11,814 nucleotides of DNA. It comes from Planctomycetota bacterium (GTDB lineage: Bacteria > Planctomycetota > UBA1135 > UBA2386). The notes beneath the pieces were generated by a model, which was given only the letters and a program-made list of their open reading frames with translations, did no database searches and was not told the DNA's origin. The position numbers and the translations under genes were made by a program. Position 1 is the stretch's first letter; every line of letters starts with the position of its first letter. Positions 1-7,201 of this stretch are shown in pieces. The stretch is taken from assembly GCA_027621295.1 (NCBI GenBank), contig JAQCBR010000129.1, positions 1 to 11,814 of the forward strand, read 5' to 3'.

Positions 1-74
1 GTGGGCTGGGCCGGATGTCGGCGGCGGTGCGCTCCGCTGCCGACGCCGGGCTCCCGCTGTCGATCCGCGGCTGA
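1..74 (+). CDS. Probable 3' end of an upstream CDS running off the window start (reading frame starts at base 3; ...GLGRMSAAVRSAADAGLPLSIRG*, TGA at 72..74)
   Basis: Frame 3 shows near-exclusive G/C at third codon positions (strong coding signal for this genome); the other two frames do not. The in-frame stop at 72..74 precedes the next gene. No product assignable from 24 residues. Confidence 0.3.
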   Translation, partial: GLGRMSAAVRSAADAGLPLSIRG

Positions 75-140
75 GCGGGCGCGGGGTTTGGGTGTGGTCG
101 GCCGCCTGGAGGCGGTTACCGTGACGCGCTCGCGCGCCGC

Positions 141-2156
141 ATGGCCGGCGCAGCCGCTCTCCCTCCATCGCAATCGATCCGCATGCTCACCGGACACCCG
201 AAGGGGCTCTACCGCCTGTTCTTCATCGAGATGTGGGAACGCCTGGCCTTCTACACGATGGTCGGGATCCTGCTGCTCTACGCGACCGACACCGAGACCG
301 GCGGGCTCGGGTGGTCGAGCGACGTGGGGAACGAGATCTACGGGCTCTACCTCGCGTTCGTGTACTTCACGCCCTACCTGGGCGGGCTGTTGGCGGACCG
401 GTTCCTCGGCTATCGGCGGTCGGTGCTGATCGGTGGCCTTCTGTTCGCGACGGGCTTCTTCATGCTCGCGTCGGGACAGAAGTGGGCGTTCCCGACCGGG
501 CTCGTCTTCCTCTGCTGCGGGAACGGCTTCTTCAAGCCGAACATCTCGGCGATGGTCGGCAACCTCTACGAGAAGGGGGATCCGAAGCGCGACGCCGGGT
601 TCAACATCTTCTACATGGGGATCAACATCGGCGCGTTCATCGCCAACTTCCTGGCGGCGATCATGCGCAACCAGTGGGCGTGGTACGCGGTCTTCGTCGC
701 GGCCGGCGTCGGCATGCTGATCTCGGTCGTGATCCTGCTGTCGAGCTGGAAGGTGCTCGAGAAGGCGGACGTCGAGCCCGGCAACAAGCCGGGTGACACG
801 CCGTTCGCCGAGATCATGCAGAAGATCCTCGGGCCTGCGCTCGTGCTCGGCGTGATCGGCTGGGCGTTCGCGGCCTACGTGCTGCCGCCGTCGGTCACGA
901 AGCTCGTCAAGGCGACCGACATCGGCTTCCTGATCGGCTCGATCCCGATCCTGCGCTTCTTCGTGCGGCTGTCGCACCAGGCGAAGGAGGAGGAGAAGCC
1001 CGGTCTGCGTGCGCTGCTGCCGATCTACCTCGCGGGCGGGACGTTCTTCATGGTGCTGCACCTGAACGGCAGCGCGATGACCACCTGGGCGAACGAGAAC
1101 ACGGCCCGTCAGCTCGGGCAGTCGGACCCGATCTGTCTGATCGCGGATGCGGTGTGGGTGAAGGGTGACCCGGTCTTCGCGCAGGACGCGCTGCCCGGCT
1201 ACTACGGCAACGCGGCCGACGACCTGCCGCGTCCCAACAAGCTGACGCTGTTCGGTGGCGGGACCGACGAGCAGGCGACGATGTTCGGCAAGAAGAAGAT
1301 GGATGCGGCCAGTCTGGAGGCCCTCACCGCGAATCTGCCGAGCGACGTCCGCGTCGAGGCACTGCCGATCGGGGCCGAGCTGACCGACGAGCAGCGCCGC
1401 TGGAAGAAGTACAGCGTCGACATCTACGACAAGGTCGAGATCAAGGAGGGCACCGACAGCCACGGGCTCCCGAAGATCAGCGTCGAGGTCGCCGACGGCG
1501 CGCCGATCCAGAAGCGCGTCGCGTTCGTCCGCGAGAACGGCGAGGCCGGCGGTGACTACGCGACCTACGTGACCACGCAGGACAAGTTCGACGCGCTCTA
1601 CGTCGAGGGGGCGACCGAGCTCGAGCCGGGGCGCTACGTCCAGCTCGCCAACGCCGAGCTCTACCAGTCGTGGAATGCGTTCTTCGTCGTGCTGTTCACG
1701 CCGCTCGTGATGATGTTCTTCGCGTGGGCTTCGCGACGTCAGATCGACTTCAGCACCGCGCGCAAGATCCTCGCGGGCATGGTCATCACCGCGATCGCCG
1801 CTGCCTTCATGGCGATGGCGGGATTCGTCAGCGACAACGGCGCGGTCAAGGTCAGCGGCATGTGGCTGATGGGCTTCTACGCGATCATCACGGTCGGCGA
1901 GCTGTTCCTGTCGCCGATGGCGCTGTCGCTGGTCACCAAGCTGACGCCCAAGCGCTTCGTCGGGCTGACGATGGGCGGCTGGTTCTTCGCGACCGCCGTC
2001 GGAAACAAGTTCAGCGGGTTCCTCGGCGTGCTGCAGGGAGCGATGGAGCCGGCGATGTTCTTCCTGGTCATCGTCGGGGCGGCCGTCGCGGTGGCGGCCT
2101 ACATCCTGTCGGTGCTGCCGAAGCTCGACGAGGCGATCAAGAAGTACGGGGCGTGA
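141..2156 (+). CDS. Proton-dependent oligopeptide transporter (POT/PTR2 family, DtpT-like di/tripeptide permease) with an ~190-aa hydrophilic insertion
   Basis: The N-terminus reads HPKGLYRLFFIEMWERLAFYTMVGILLLY, matching the PTR2 family signature (FxxEMWERFSYYGM). About 12-14 predicted TM helices follow, with typical POT motifs (GGLLADRFLG, FKPNISAMVG). Start could be ATG 141 or in-frame ATG 183 (MLTGHPKG...); neither has a strong SD. A large hydrophilic block (~aa 320-515) interrupts the C-terminal helix bundle. Confidence 0.9.
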   Translation: MAGAAALPPSQSIRMLTGHPKGLYRLFFIEMWERLAFYTMVGILLLYATDTETGGLGWSSDVGNEIYGLYLAFVYFTPYLGGLLADRFLGYRRSVLIGGLLFATGFFMLASGQKWAFPTGLVFLCCGNGFFKPNISAMVGNLYEKGDPKRDAGFNIFYMGINIGAFIANFLAAIMRNQWAWYAVFVAAGVGMLISVVILLSSWKVLEKADVEPGNKPGDTPFAEIMQKILGPALVLGVIGWAFAAYVLPPSVTKLVKATDIGFLIGSIPILRFFVRLSHQAKEEEKPGLRALLPIYLAGGTFFMVLHLNGSAMTTWANENTARQLGQSDPICLIADAVWVKGDPVFAQDALPGYYGNAADDLPRPNKLTLFGGGTDEQATMFGKKKMDAASLEALTANLPSDVRVEALPIGAELTDEQRRWKKYSVDIYDKVEIKEGTDSHGLPKISVEVADGAPIQKRVAFVRENGEAGGDYATYVTTQDKFDALYVEGATELEPGRYVQLANAELYQSWNAFFVVLFTPLVMMFFAWASRRQIDFSTARKILAGMVITAIAAAFMAMAGFVSDNGAVKVSGMWLMGFYAIITVGELFLSPMALSLVTKLTPKRFVGLTMGGWFFATAVGNKFSGFLGVLQGAMEPAMFFLVIVGAAVAVAAYILSVLPKLDEAIKKYGA

Positions 2157-2165
2157 CCGACGGGC

Positions 2166-2387
2166 TCAGGTCCGCGCGTCGTCGTGCTGATCTTCGGGCT
2201 GTTCTGACGGCGCGGTATTTCCCTGGACGGGGGGCACCCGCCGTCCGCGGCGCCTGAGCGCGTCGCGGAGCAGCCACTCGATCTGGCCGTTGAGGCTTCG
2301 CATCTCCTCGGCCGACCACGCTCGCAGCTCCTCGAGGAGCTCGGGCGGGACGCGGAGCAGGAAGCCCTTTTTGGGTTTGGGTGCCAA
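2166..2387 (-). CDS. Arc/MetJ-type ribbon-helix-helix DNA-binding protein (Arc family), 73 aa, TTG start
   Basis: Translation MAPKPKKGFLLRVPPELLEELRAWSAEEMRSLNGQIEWLLRDAL is the canonical Arc-family N-terminal beta-strand + two helices (K-G-F-L-L-R-x-P-x-E-L; RSLNxxIExLL), followed by a disordered acidic tail. Start is TTG at 2387, 16 nt downstream of the SPFH stop (likely co-transcribed). No obvious SD. Confidence 0.72.
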   Translation of the reverse strand: MAPKPKKGFLLRVPPELLEELRAWSAEEMRSLNGQIEWLLRDALRRRGRRVPPVQGNTAPSEQPEDQHDDART

Positions 2388-2403
2388 GGGGCCGGTCGCG
2401 ATC

Positions 2404-3306
2404 TCAGTGGTAGATGGTGCCGGTGTTGACGACCGGCTGCGTGCCGCGCTCCGAGCAGAGCACGACGAGCAGGTTCTGGACCATCGCGGCCTTGCGCTCC
2501 TCGTCGAGCTCGACGACCCCGCCGGTCTTCAGCTCGTCGAGGGCCATCCGCACCATGCCGACCGCGCCGTCCACGATGCGGGTCCGGGCCGCGATGATCG
2601 CGTCCGCCTGCTGGCGCTGGAGCATCGCGCTCGCGATCTCGGGCGCGTAGGCGAGATGGGCGAGGCGCGCCTCGAGCACTTCGATGCCGGCCATGTCGAG
2701 CCGTTCGGTCAGCTCGCGCGCGAGCTCCTGGCTGACGACGTCGGCACTGCCGCGGAGCGAGGTCTCGCCGGGCCGGGCATCGTCCGCGTCGTACGGGTGG
2801 TTGGCCGCGAGCGTCCGCAGCGCGGACTCGGTCTGCACCTCGACGTACGACTCGTAGTCCTCGACGTCGAACTGGGCCTGGGCGGTGTCGCGGACCCGCC
2901 AGACGACGACGGCGCCGATCTCGATCGGGTTGCCGACCTTGTCGTTCACCTTCAGCCGGTCGCTGTTGAAGTTGTGCGCGCGCAGCGAGACGTCGCGTCG
3001 CACCGTGAACGGGTTGACCGCGAAGAACCCGTCGCGCCGGAGCGAGCCCTTGTACTTCCCGAACAGCAGGATCACCTTGCTGTGGTTCGGGTTGATGAGC
3101 GTCAGGCTGGCGATCATCAGGGCGAACGCGAGCACGCAGCCGAGGCCGGTGAGGAGCGGGGTCAGGAAGGGCTCGTCGGCCTTGCCGTGGATGATCGCCA
3201 TCACGATCCGCCAGATCCCGATGCCGAGGGTGGCGATCGCCAGGATCAGCGTCGGGATGCCGGGGAGGGCGCCGCGGTAGGGGAGTTCTCGGGAGCGTGA
3301 CTGCAT
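2404..3306 (-). CDS. SPFH/Band-7 (stomatin/prohibitin/flotillin/HflK-C superfamily) membrane protein, 300 aa
   Basis: Two N-terminal hydrophobic helices ([23 protein letters not shown]; [21 protein letters not shown]) precede a typical SPFH core ([61 protein letters not shown]...). A coiled-coil-like Ala/Gln-rich C-terminus follows. The annotated 487-aa ORF is trimmed to ATG at 3306: the 187 upstream residues are Arg/Pro/Gly-rich wrong-frame sequence overlapping the helicase gene. AAGG lies ~10 nt upstream of the ATG. Confidence 0.88.
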   Translation of the reverse strand: MQSRSRELPYRGALPGIPTLILAIATLGIGIWRIVMAIIHGKADEPFLTPLLTGLGCVLAFALMIASLTLINPNHSKVILLFGKYKGSLRRDGFFAVNPFTVRRDVSLRAHNFNSDRLKVNDKVGNPIEIGAVVVWRVRDTAQAQFDVEDYESYVEVQTESALRTLAANHPYDADDARPGETSLRGSADVVSQELARELTERLDMAGIEVLEARLAHLAYAPEIASAMLQRQQADAIIAARTRIVDGAVGMVRMALDELKTGGVVELDEERKAAMVQNLLVVLCSERGTQPVVNTGTIYH

Positions 3307-3330
3307 CGTCGGACCTGGCCTTGGGAAAGA

Positions 3331-3354
3331 TTGCAGGATGATATCTTCATGCAA
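3331..3354. promoter_or_regulatory. Imperfect 24-bp palindrome TTGCAgGAtGATATCtTCaTGCAA in the only AT-rich patch of the window, in the helicase-SPFH spacer: candidate operator/promoter element
   Basis: Sequence 3331..3354 has perfectly inverted outer arms (TTGCA / TGCAA) and an inner GATATC core, with one mismatch per side. The local GC is ~45% against ~70% background. It sits 25-48 bp upstream of the SPFH ATG (3306), and TTGCAT resembles a -35 hexamer. Confidence 0.4.
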
Positions 3355-3404
3355 CTGTGGCGGGGCCGCCGAGTTTCGCGGGGTGGCTGGACTCCCGGTG
3401 GGGC

Positions 3405-5363
3405 TCAGCCGTGCTCGTCGACCGCGCCCTCGGGGAGCGCGGCGAGGAAGTCCCGGCCGTATCGCTTGGTCCGCGCCCGGGGGTCGAGGATCACGACCTC
3501 GCCGCGGTCGCCCGCCGTCCGGACGAGGCGGCCGAAGCCCTGGCGGAACTTCAGGATCGCCTCGGGCAGCGTCTGCTCGAGGAACGCATCCCCACCGCGC
3601 GCCTGGATCATCCGCTGGCGGGCCATGGTCAGCGGGTGGTCCGGCTGGCCGAACGGCAGGCGGGTCAGGAAGACGAGCGTCAGCGCATCCCCCGGCACGT
3701 CGATCCCTTCCCAGAAGGTCTCGGTCCCGAGCAGCACGGTGGACGGGTCCTCGCGCTTCCGGCGCAGCAGGTCGCGCATCGGCGCCTCGCCCTGGACCAG
3801 GAGCTCGATGCCGCGCTGGGCCAGCGGGCCGCGCAGCGCGTCGGCGAGCCGGCGGACGAAGTTCCATGACGTGCAGAGCACGAGGGCTGAGCCGCCGTTG
3901 CGGATGGTCCGCGTCTGGATCTCACGCCGGCACGCATCGAAGAAGCCCTGCGGGTCGCCGGACGGGTCCGGCACGTCGACGGGCAGCGTTACTGTCACCT
4001 GGCTCCGGTAGTCGAACGGGGAGCCGAGCCGGAGGGTCTCGACCCGCTCGTGCGCGCCGAGTCGATCGCGGATCCAGCGGAAGCCGGGGTCGCCGCCCGG
4101 ACCGAGCGTCGCCGACACCAGGATGTTGCAGCGGGGCTCGCCGAACTGGTGCTTCTGCAGCGCCTCCGACACGTCGAGGGGCGCCGCCCGAAGGCTGACC
4201 CCGCGCTTCTCCTGCTCGATCCAGCGGACCTTGTCGACGGAGCCCGGGCCGCAAAGGCTCAGGAATACCGCGTGCAGCGAAGTCAGCCCGCGCGCGCGCG
4301 CCTGCAGCTCGGTGCGGAGGTCGACCTTCTCGACGCCGAGCGCGCAGCGGTGGATCTCGGCGGCCAGCTCGGCGAGGAGCTCGGACACCGGGTCTTCGAC
4401 GAGGTCGTCGGGCTCGAGTGGCAGGGTCCCGTTGCCGCGGAGCCGCGCTTCGAGGAGCGCGAAGAACGCCTCCGCCGCCTGGCGCACCTGCTCGAGCAGC
4501 AGCATCGCGTGCGGGTTCCCGTACTCGGCCAGCAGGCTGCGCCGCGACCGGCGGGGGTGCAGGCGCTTCACGTGCCAGAGGACGGAGCCGAGCGTCAGCC
4601 GGAGCCCGAGGCTCTCGGTCGCGATCCGCTCGAGATGGTGGGCCTCGTCGAAGATCGCGATCCGGTGATCGGGCAGGTAGCTCGCCCCGGCCATGCGCAG
4701 CGCGACGTCCGCCATGTACAGCGCATGGTTGACGACGACGATCTGCGCGGAGTCGAGGCGGCGCCGGGACCGCTGGTACGGGCAGTCGTCGTAGTGGGGG
4801 CAGGCCTTGTAGAGGCAGTTGCCGTGCTCGGCCTTCACCTCCTCCCAGACCTCGTCGTCGACGGGCTCCGGGAGCTCGAAGCGCAGCCCGTCCCGCGACG
4901 ACTGGGCCCAGTGCACGACCCGGTTCAGCTGCGCCTCGCGGTGAAGGTCGTCGAAGACGACGCCGCGCTCGCGGTGCGCGAGGTGCATCCGGCGGTGGCA
5001 GATGTAGTGGTTGCGGCCGACGGCGGAGACCGCGGTCCACTCCATCGGCGTGACCGCCTGCAGGAACGGGAGGTCCTTCCGCTCCAGCTGCTCCTGCAGC
5101 GCGATCGTCCGGGTCGACACGATGATCGGACCCTGGCCGCGGTGGGAGACCGCGTGCAGCAGCGCGGGCAGCAGGTAGGCGAACGACTTGCCGACGCCCG
5201 TTCCCGCCTCGGCGAACAGGTGGCGGCCCTCGCGGAGCGCGTGCTCGATCGCGCGCGCGAGCTCGACCTGCTCCGGCCGCTCCTCGTAGCCGGGAAGCCG
5301 CCGCGCGATCACGCCCTCGGGCCCGAGGAACGCGTCGAGGGTGATCGGGTCCGGCGTGCTCAC
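3405..5363 (-). CDS. dinG: ATP-dependent DNA helicase, DinG/XPD (Rad3-related) family with 4Fe-4S domain, 652 aa
   Basis: Walker A is [18 protein letters not shown]. Four Cys lie between Walker A and B (YICHRR ... [15 protein letters not shown]), the Fe-S cluster signature of DinG/XPD. DEAH box is IFDEAHHL. C-terminal helicase motifs are LVLCTSWNF and [29 protein letters not shown]. The start is set to GTG at 5363 because (i) the 238 upstream residues of the 890-aa ORF are low-complexity R/P-rich and overlap the neighbouring gene, (ii) the GTG overlaps that gene's TGA (GTGA), and (iii) GGAG lies 12 nt upstream. The resulting N-terminus ([42 protein letters not shown]) looks like a native DinG N-terminus. 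Confidence 0.88.
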   Translation of the reverse strand: MSTPDPITLDAFLGPEGVIARRLPGYEERPEQVELARAIEHALREGRHLFAEAGTGVGKSFAYLLPALLHAVSHRGQGPIIVSTRTIALQEQLERKDLPFLQAVTPMEWTAVSAVGRNHYICHRRMHLAHRERGVVFDDLHREAQLNRVVHWAQSSRDGLRFELPEPVDDEVWEEVKAEHGNCLYKACPHYDDCPYQRSRRRLDSAQIVVVNHALYMADVALRMAGASYLPDHRIAIFDEAHHLERIATESLGLRLTLGSVLWHVKRLHPRRSRRSLLAEYGNPHAMLLLEQVRQAAEAFFALLEARLRGNGTLPLEPDDLVEDPVSELLAELAAEIHRCALGVEKVDLRTELQARARGLTSLHAVFLSLCGPGSVDKVRWIEQEKRGVSLRAAPLDVSEALQKHQFGEPRCNILVSATLGPGGDPGFRWIRDRLGAHERVETLRLGSPFDYRSQVTVTLPVDVPDPSGDPQGFFDACRREIQTRTIRNGGSALVLCTSWNFVRRLADALRGPLAQRGIELLVQGEAPMRDLLRRKREDPSTVLLGTETFWEGIDVPGDALTLVFLTRLPFGQPDHPLTMARQRMIQARGGDAFLEQTLPEAILKFRQGFGRLVRTAGDRGEVVILDPRARTKRYGRDFLAALPEGAVDEHG

Positions 5364-6130
5364 TTCAGGAAGTCGCTCCGGTGCGCGAGACGGCTGGAGC
5401 GGGGCCTCGCCGTGTCGTGGAGGACCGGCAGCGTGGTCGCTTCGCTCTCGATCCGGGCGCCGAGCGGCGTGTGGAGGCCGACCCAGTGTCGGGCGCGGTG
5501 GGTGTTCCGCGTCTCGTCGTCGAACTCGTAGGACACGCGCCGTTGGGGTGGGTACGCGCCGGGGACCGGACGGTGGTCGAGGACCCTGGCGAGGGTCAGT
5601 CGCCCCTGGCTCAGCAGCAGGCGCTGCCCGAACGCGCCGCGGAGGTAGATCCCGAGGACGAACAGCCCGGGGAGGCCAGCCAGTCGGAGCCAGCGAGAGA
5701 ACGGGGACCACGGCGGTGCGCGGTGGGAGCCCTCGATCCTCGCGAGCTCGGGCGCGTGGGGCAGGAACTCGATCCGGACATCGGTCCCGACGGCAGGCGG
5801 GCGGACTTCGGGTGGGACGAAGGACGAGGCCTCGACCTGCGCGTCGCCCGGCCGCGGCTCGAACCGGAACGTGATCCGAGCACCTCCGCCGCCGGGCCAG
5901 TCGTCCGGTGCGCTCGCCACGACCTTCCCGGTCGTGCGCGACGAAGATGCATCGAGCGCGTCGTCGCCGAGCGGGAGCACGTCCCGGGCATTCGCGAGGA
6001 ACAGGATCGCACCGGCGATCGCGGGCAGCACGAGGACGGCGGCGAGGACGCCCAGGGGCCAACCCCTGCGGAGCCATGCCCCCGCCCGCGGCCGTCGCGG
6101 GGCCGCGGGGAAACCGTCCAGATCGCCCAT
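5360..6130 (-). CDS. Double-pass membrane protein with two TM + small beta-rich domain repeats (DUF3592-like architecture), paralog B, 256 aa
   Basis: MGDLDGFPAAPRRPRAGAWLRRGWPLGVLAAVLVLPAIAGAILFLA is TM1, followed by a beta-rich domain (GKVVASAP...ARITFRFEPRPG...VGTDVRIEFLP...RIEGS). TM2 is LRLAGLPGLFVLGIYL, followed by a second small domain (RRVSYEFDDETRNTHRARHW). Start is trimmed to ATG 6130 (AAGG SD 6 nt upstream, 11 nt after the stop of the upstream paralog). Clearly paralogous to 6142..7053. Its stop overlaps the helicase start. Confidence 0.7.
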   Translation of the reverse strand: MGDLDGFPAAPRRPRAGAWLRRGWPLGVLAAVLVLPAIAGAILFLANARDVLPLGDDALDASSSRTTGKVVASAPDDWPGGGGARITFRFEPRPGDAQVEASSFVPPEVRPPAVGTDVRIEFLPHAPELARIEGSHRAPPWSPFSRWLRLAGLPGLFVLGIYLRGAFGQRLLLSQGRLTLARVLDHRPVPGAYPPQRRVSYEFDDETRNTHRARHWVGLHTPLGARIESEATTLPVLHDTARPRSSRLAHRSDFLK

Positions 6131-6141
6131 GTCCCGCCCTT

Positions 6142-7053
6142 CTAGCCCAGCCAGGCGTGGGGCGGAAGCGCGCGGGAGGTCGATGCGGATGGAGCGAAGT
6201 CGGACGCGGCGACGAGACGGTTGGCCTGGGGCCGCTTGCGGTCGTGGATCACGCAGAGTCGCGGCAGGTCGGACGAACGGACAGTCTGCCACTCGGTCGG
6301 AACGACGGGCGCGAGGCCGCGCTTGGGGGTCCAGAGCACGCGGGGCGCGGTGGGAGGGCGTGCGGCGGCGACCGACATTCGCTCGCCGAGCTCCGAGCGG
6401 GCGAGCAGCCAGTGCCGCCCCTCGCGGACGTTCGCCGAACGATCGCGGAACCGGAACCGGACCTCGAGCATCGACGGGATCATGAACGGGACGCGTCGTA
6501 CCTCGACCGGCTCGGCGATCGCGACGTCGCCATCGCGCAGCACGCGGCGCAGCCGCAGCACCGACGCGAGCCAGAGGATCAGCAGGCCGGCGCCCGGGAC
6601 GACCGTCGACCAGAACGCGGTCCCGGTCGCGTCCATCGGTTGGACGAGCGATCCGCCGAGCACCCGGCTGTCGCCGGTCCGCGCCGAGTACTCGATCTCG
6701 ACCTCATCGCCCACCCGGTGCGCGCCCGGCGTGAAGAAGCTCGCGCCCTCCTGCGGGACTCCGTCGTCGGCCGCGAAGCGGAACCGTACGAGGTCCATTG
6801 CATCCCCTCGCCAGCTGGACCGGGGGGCGACTGCGGTCACGGTGCCGACGAGGACCTCGCGTTCCCGGTCGAGTGTACGGTCGGCCTCCGTGTAGTACGA
6901 GCCGCGGTCGGAGATCCACAGCAGCAGCGTCAGCACGCCGCCGTAGACCAGCAGCACGGCTCCGGCGAGGCACATCCCGAACGCCCGCCAGACCACCGCG
7001 CGCGCGCGCACGTCGCGGGGTGCCGGCGGGATGTCGCGGAGCTCGAGAGCCAT
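6142..7053 (-). CDS. Double-pass membrane protein with two TM + small beta-rich domain repeats (DUF3592-like architecture), paralog A, 303 aa
   Basis: MALELRDIPPAPRDVRARAVVWRAFGMCLAGAVLLVYGGVLTLLLWI is TM1, followed by a beta-rich domain (LVGTVTAVAP...LVRFRFAADDG...VGDEVEIEYSARTGDSRVLGGS). TM2 is GAGLLILWLASVL, followed by a second domain (EVRFRFRDRSANVREGRHWLLARSELGERMS). Motif order matches paralog B (PAPR...W.R; TFRF/VRFRF; RHW; C-terminal LPxL..HD..RP..RL..SDF). AGGA/GGAGG lies 9-15 nt upstream of the ATG. Confidence 0.7.
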   Translation of the reverse strand: MALELRDIPPAPRDVRARAVVWRAFGMCLAGAVLLVYGGVLTLLLWISDRGSYYTEADRTLDREREVLVGTVTAVAPRSSWRGDAMDLVRFRFAADDGVPQEGASFFTPGAHRVGDEVEIEYSARTGDSRVLGGSLVQPMDATGTAFWSTVVPGAGLLILWLASVLRLRRVLRDGDVAIAEPVEVRRVPFMIPSMLEVRFRFRDRSANVREGRHWLLARSELGERMSVAAARPPTAPRVLWTPKRGLAPVVPTEWQTVRSSDLPRLCVIHDRKRPQANRLVAASDFAPSASTSRALPPHAWLG

Positions 7054-7093
7054 GGAGCCATCCTAGCCTCCACAGACCGCTGCGGGGGCGCTG

Positions 7094-7109
7094 GCGATCC
7101 TTGCATCGC
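7094..7109. promoter_or_regulatory. Short inverted repeat GCGAT-ccttgc-ATCGC containing TTGCAT in the divergent intergenic region between paralog A and pfp
   Basis: Seen directly in the 148-bp divergent spacer 7054..7201. Function unknown. Confidence 0.2.
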
Positions 7110-7201
7110 GCCCGAGCGCCCAAGACCATCTCGATCCCCTCGGCGAGCCGCAACCGACGGCCGAGCCGCGCGCCCGATCCCCTCCCTCCCGTCTCCGATC
7201 C

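Noticed and set aside
1-429. 142-aa ORF starting with GTG at base 1 (frame 1) overlapping the POT gene start
   Set aside because: Frame 1 lacks the GC3 bias seen in frame 3 (1..74) and in the POT frame, and its translation is Cys/Arg/Ser-rich nonsense.
2290-3300. 336-aa + strand ORF antisense to the SPFH gene
   Set aside because: Wrong-frame artefact of high GC: R/G/A/D-rich translation with no motifs, fully contained in a confidently assigned gene on the other strand.
3307-3867. 187-codon N-terminal extension of the SPFH ORF ([20 protein letters not shown]...)
   Set aside because: The translation is low-complexity R/P/G-rich and overlaps the helicase 3' end. An internal ATG at 3306 immediately precedes the TM helices, and the AT-rich promoter-like spacer lies just upstream.
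3338-5531. Several + strand ORFs (3338..4198, 3331..4011, 4050..5531) and - strand ORF 3922..5040 inside the helicase gene
   Set aside because: All are alternative frames of the helicase locus with R/G/A/P-rich translations and no recognisable domains.
5364-6077. 238-codon N-terminal extension of the helicase ORF (MAPQGLAPGRPRRRPRAARD...)
   Set aside because: The translation is Arg/Pro-rich and low-complexity, and it overlaps the well-supported paralog B gene in another frame. The GTGA coupling site and a proper DinG-like N-terminus occur at 5363.
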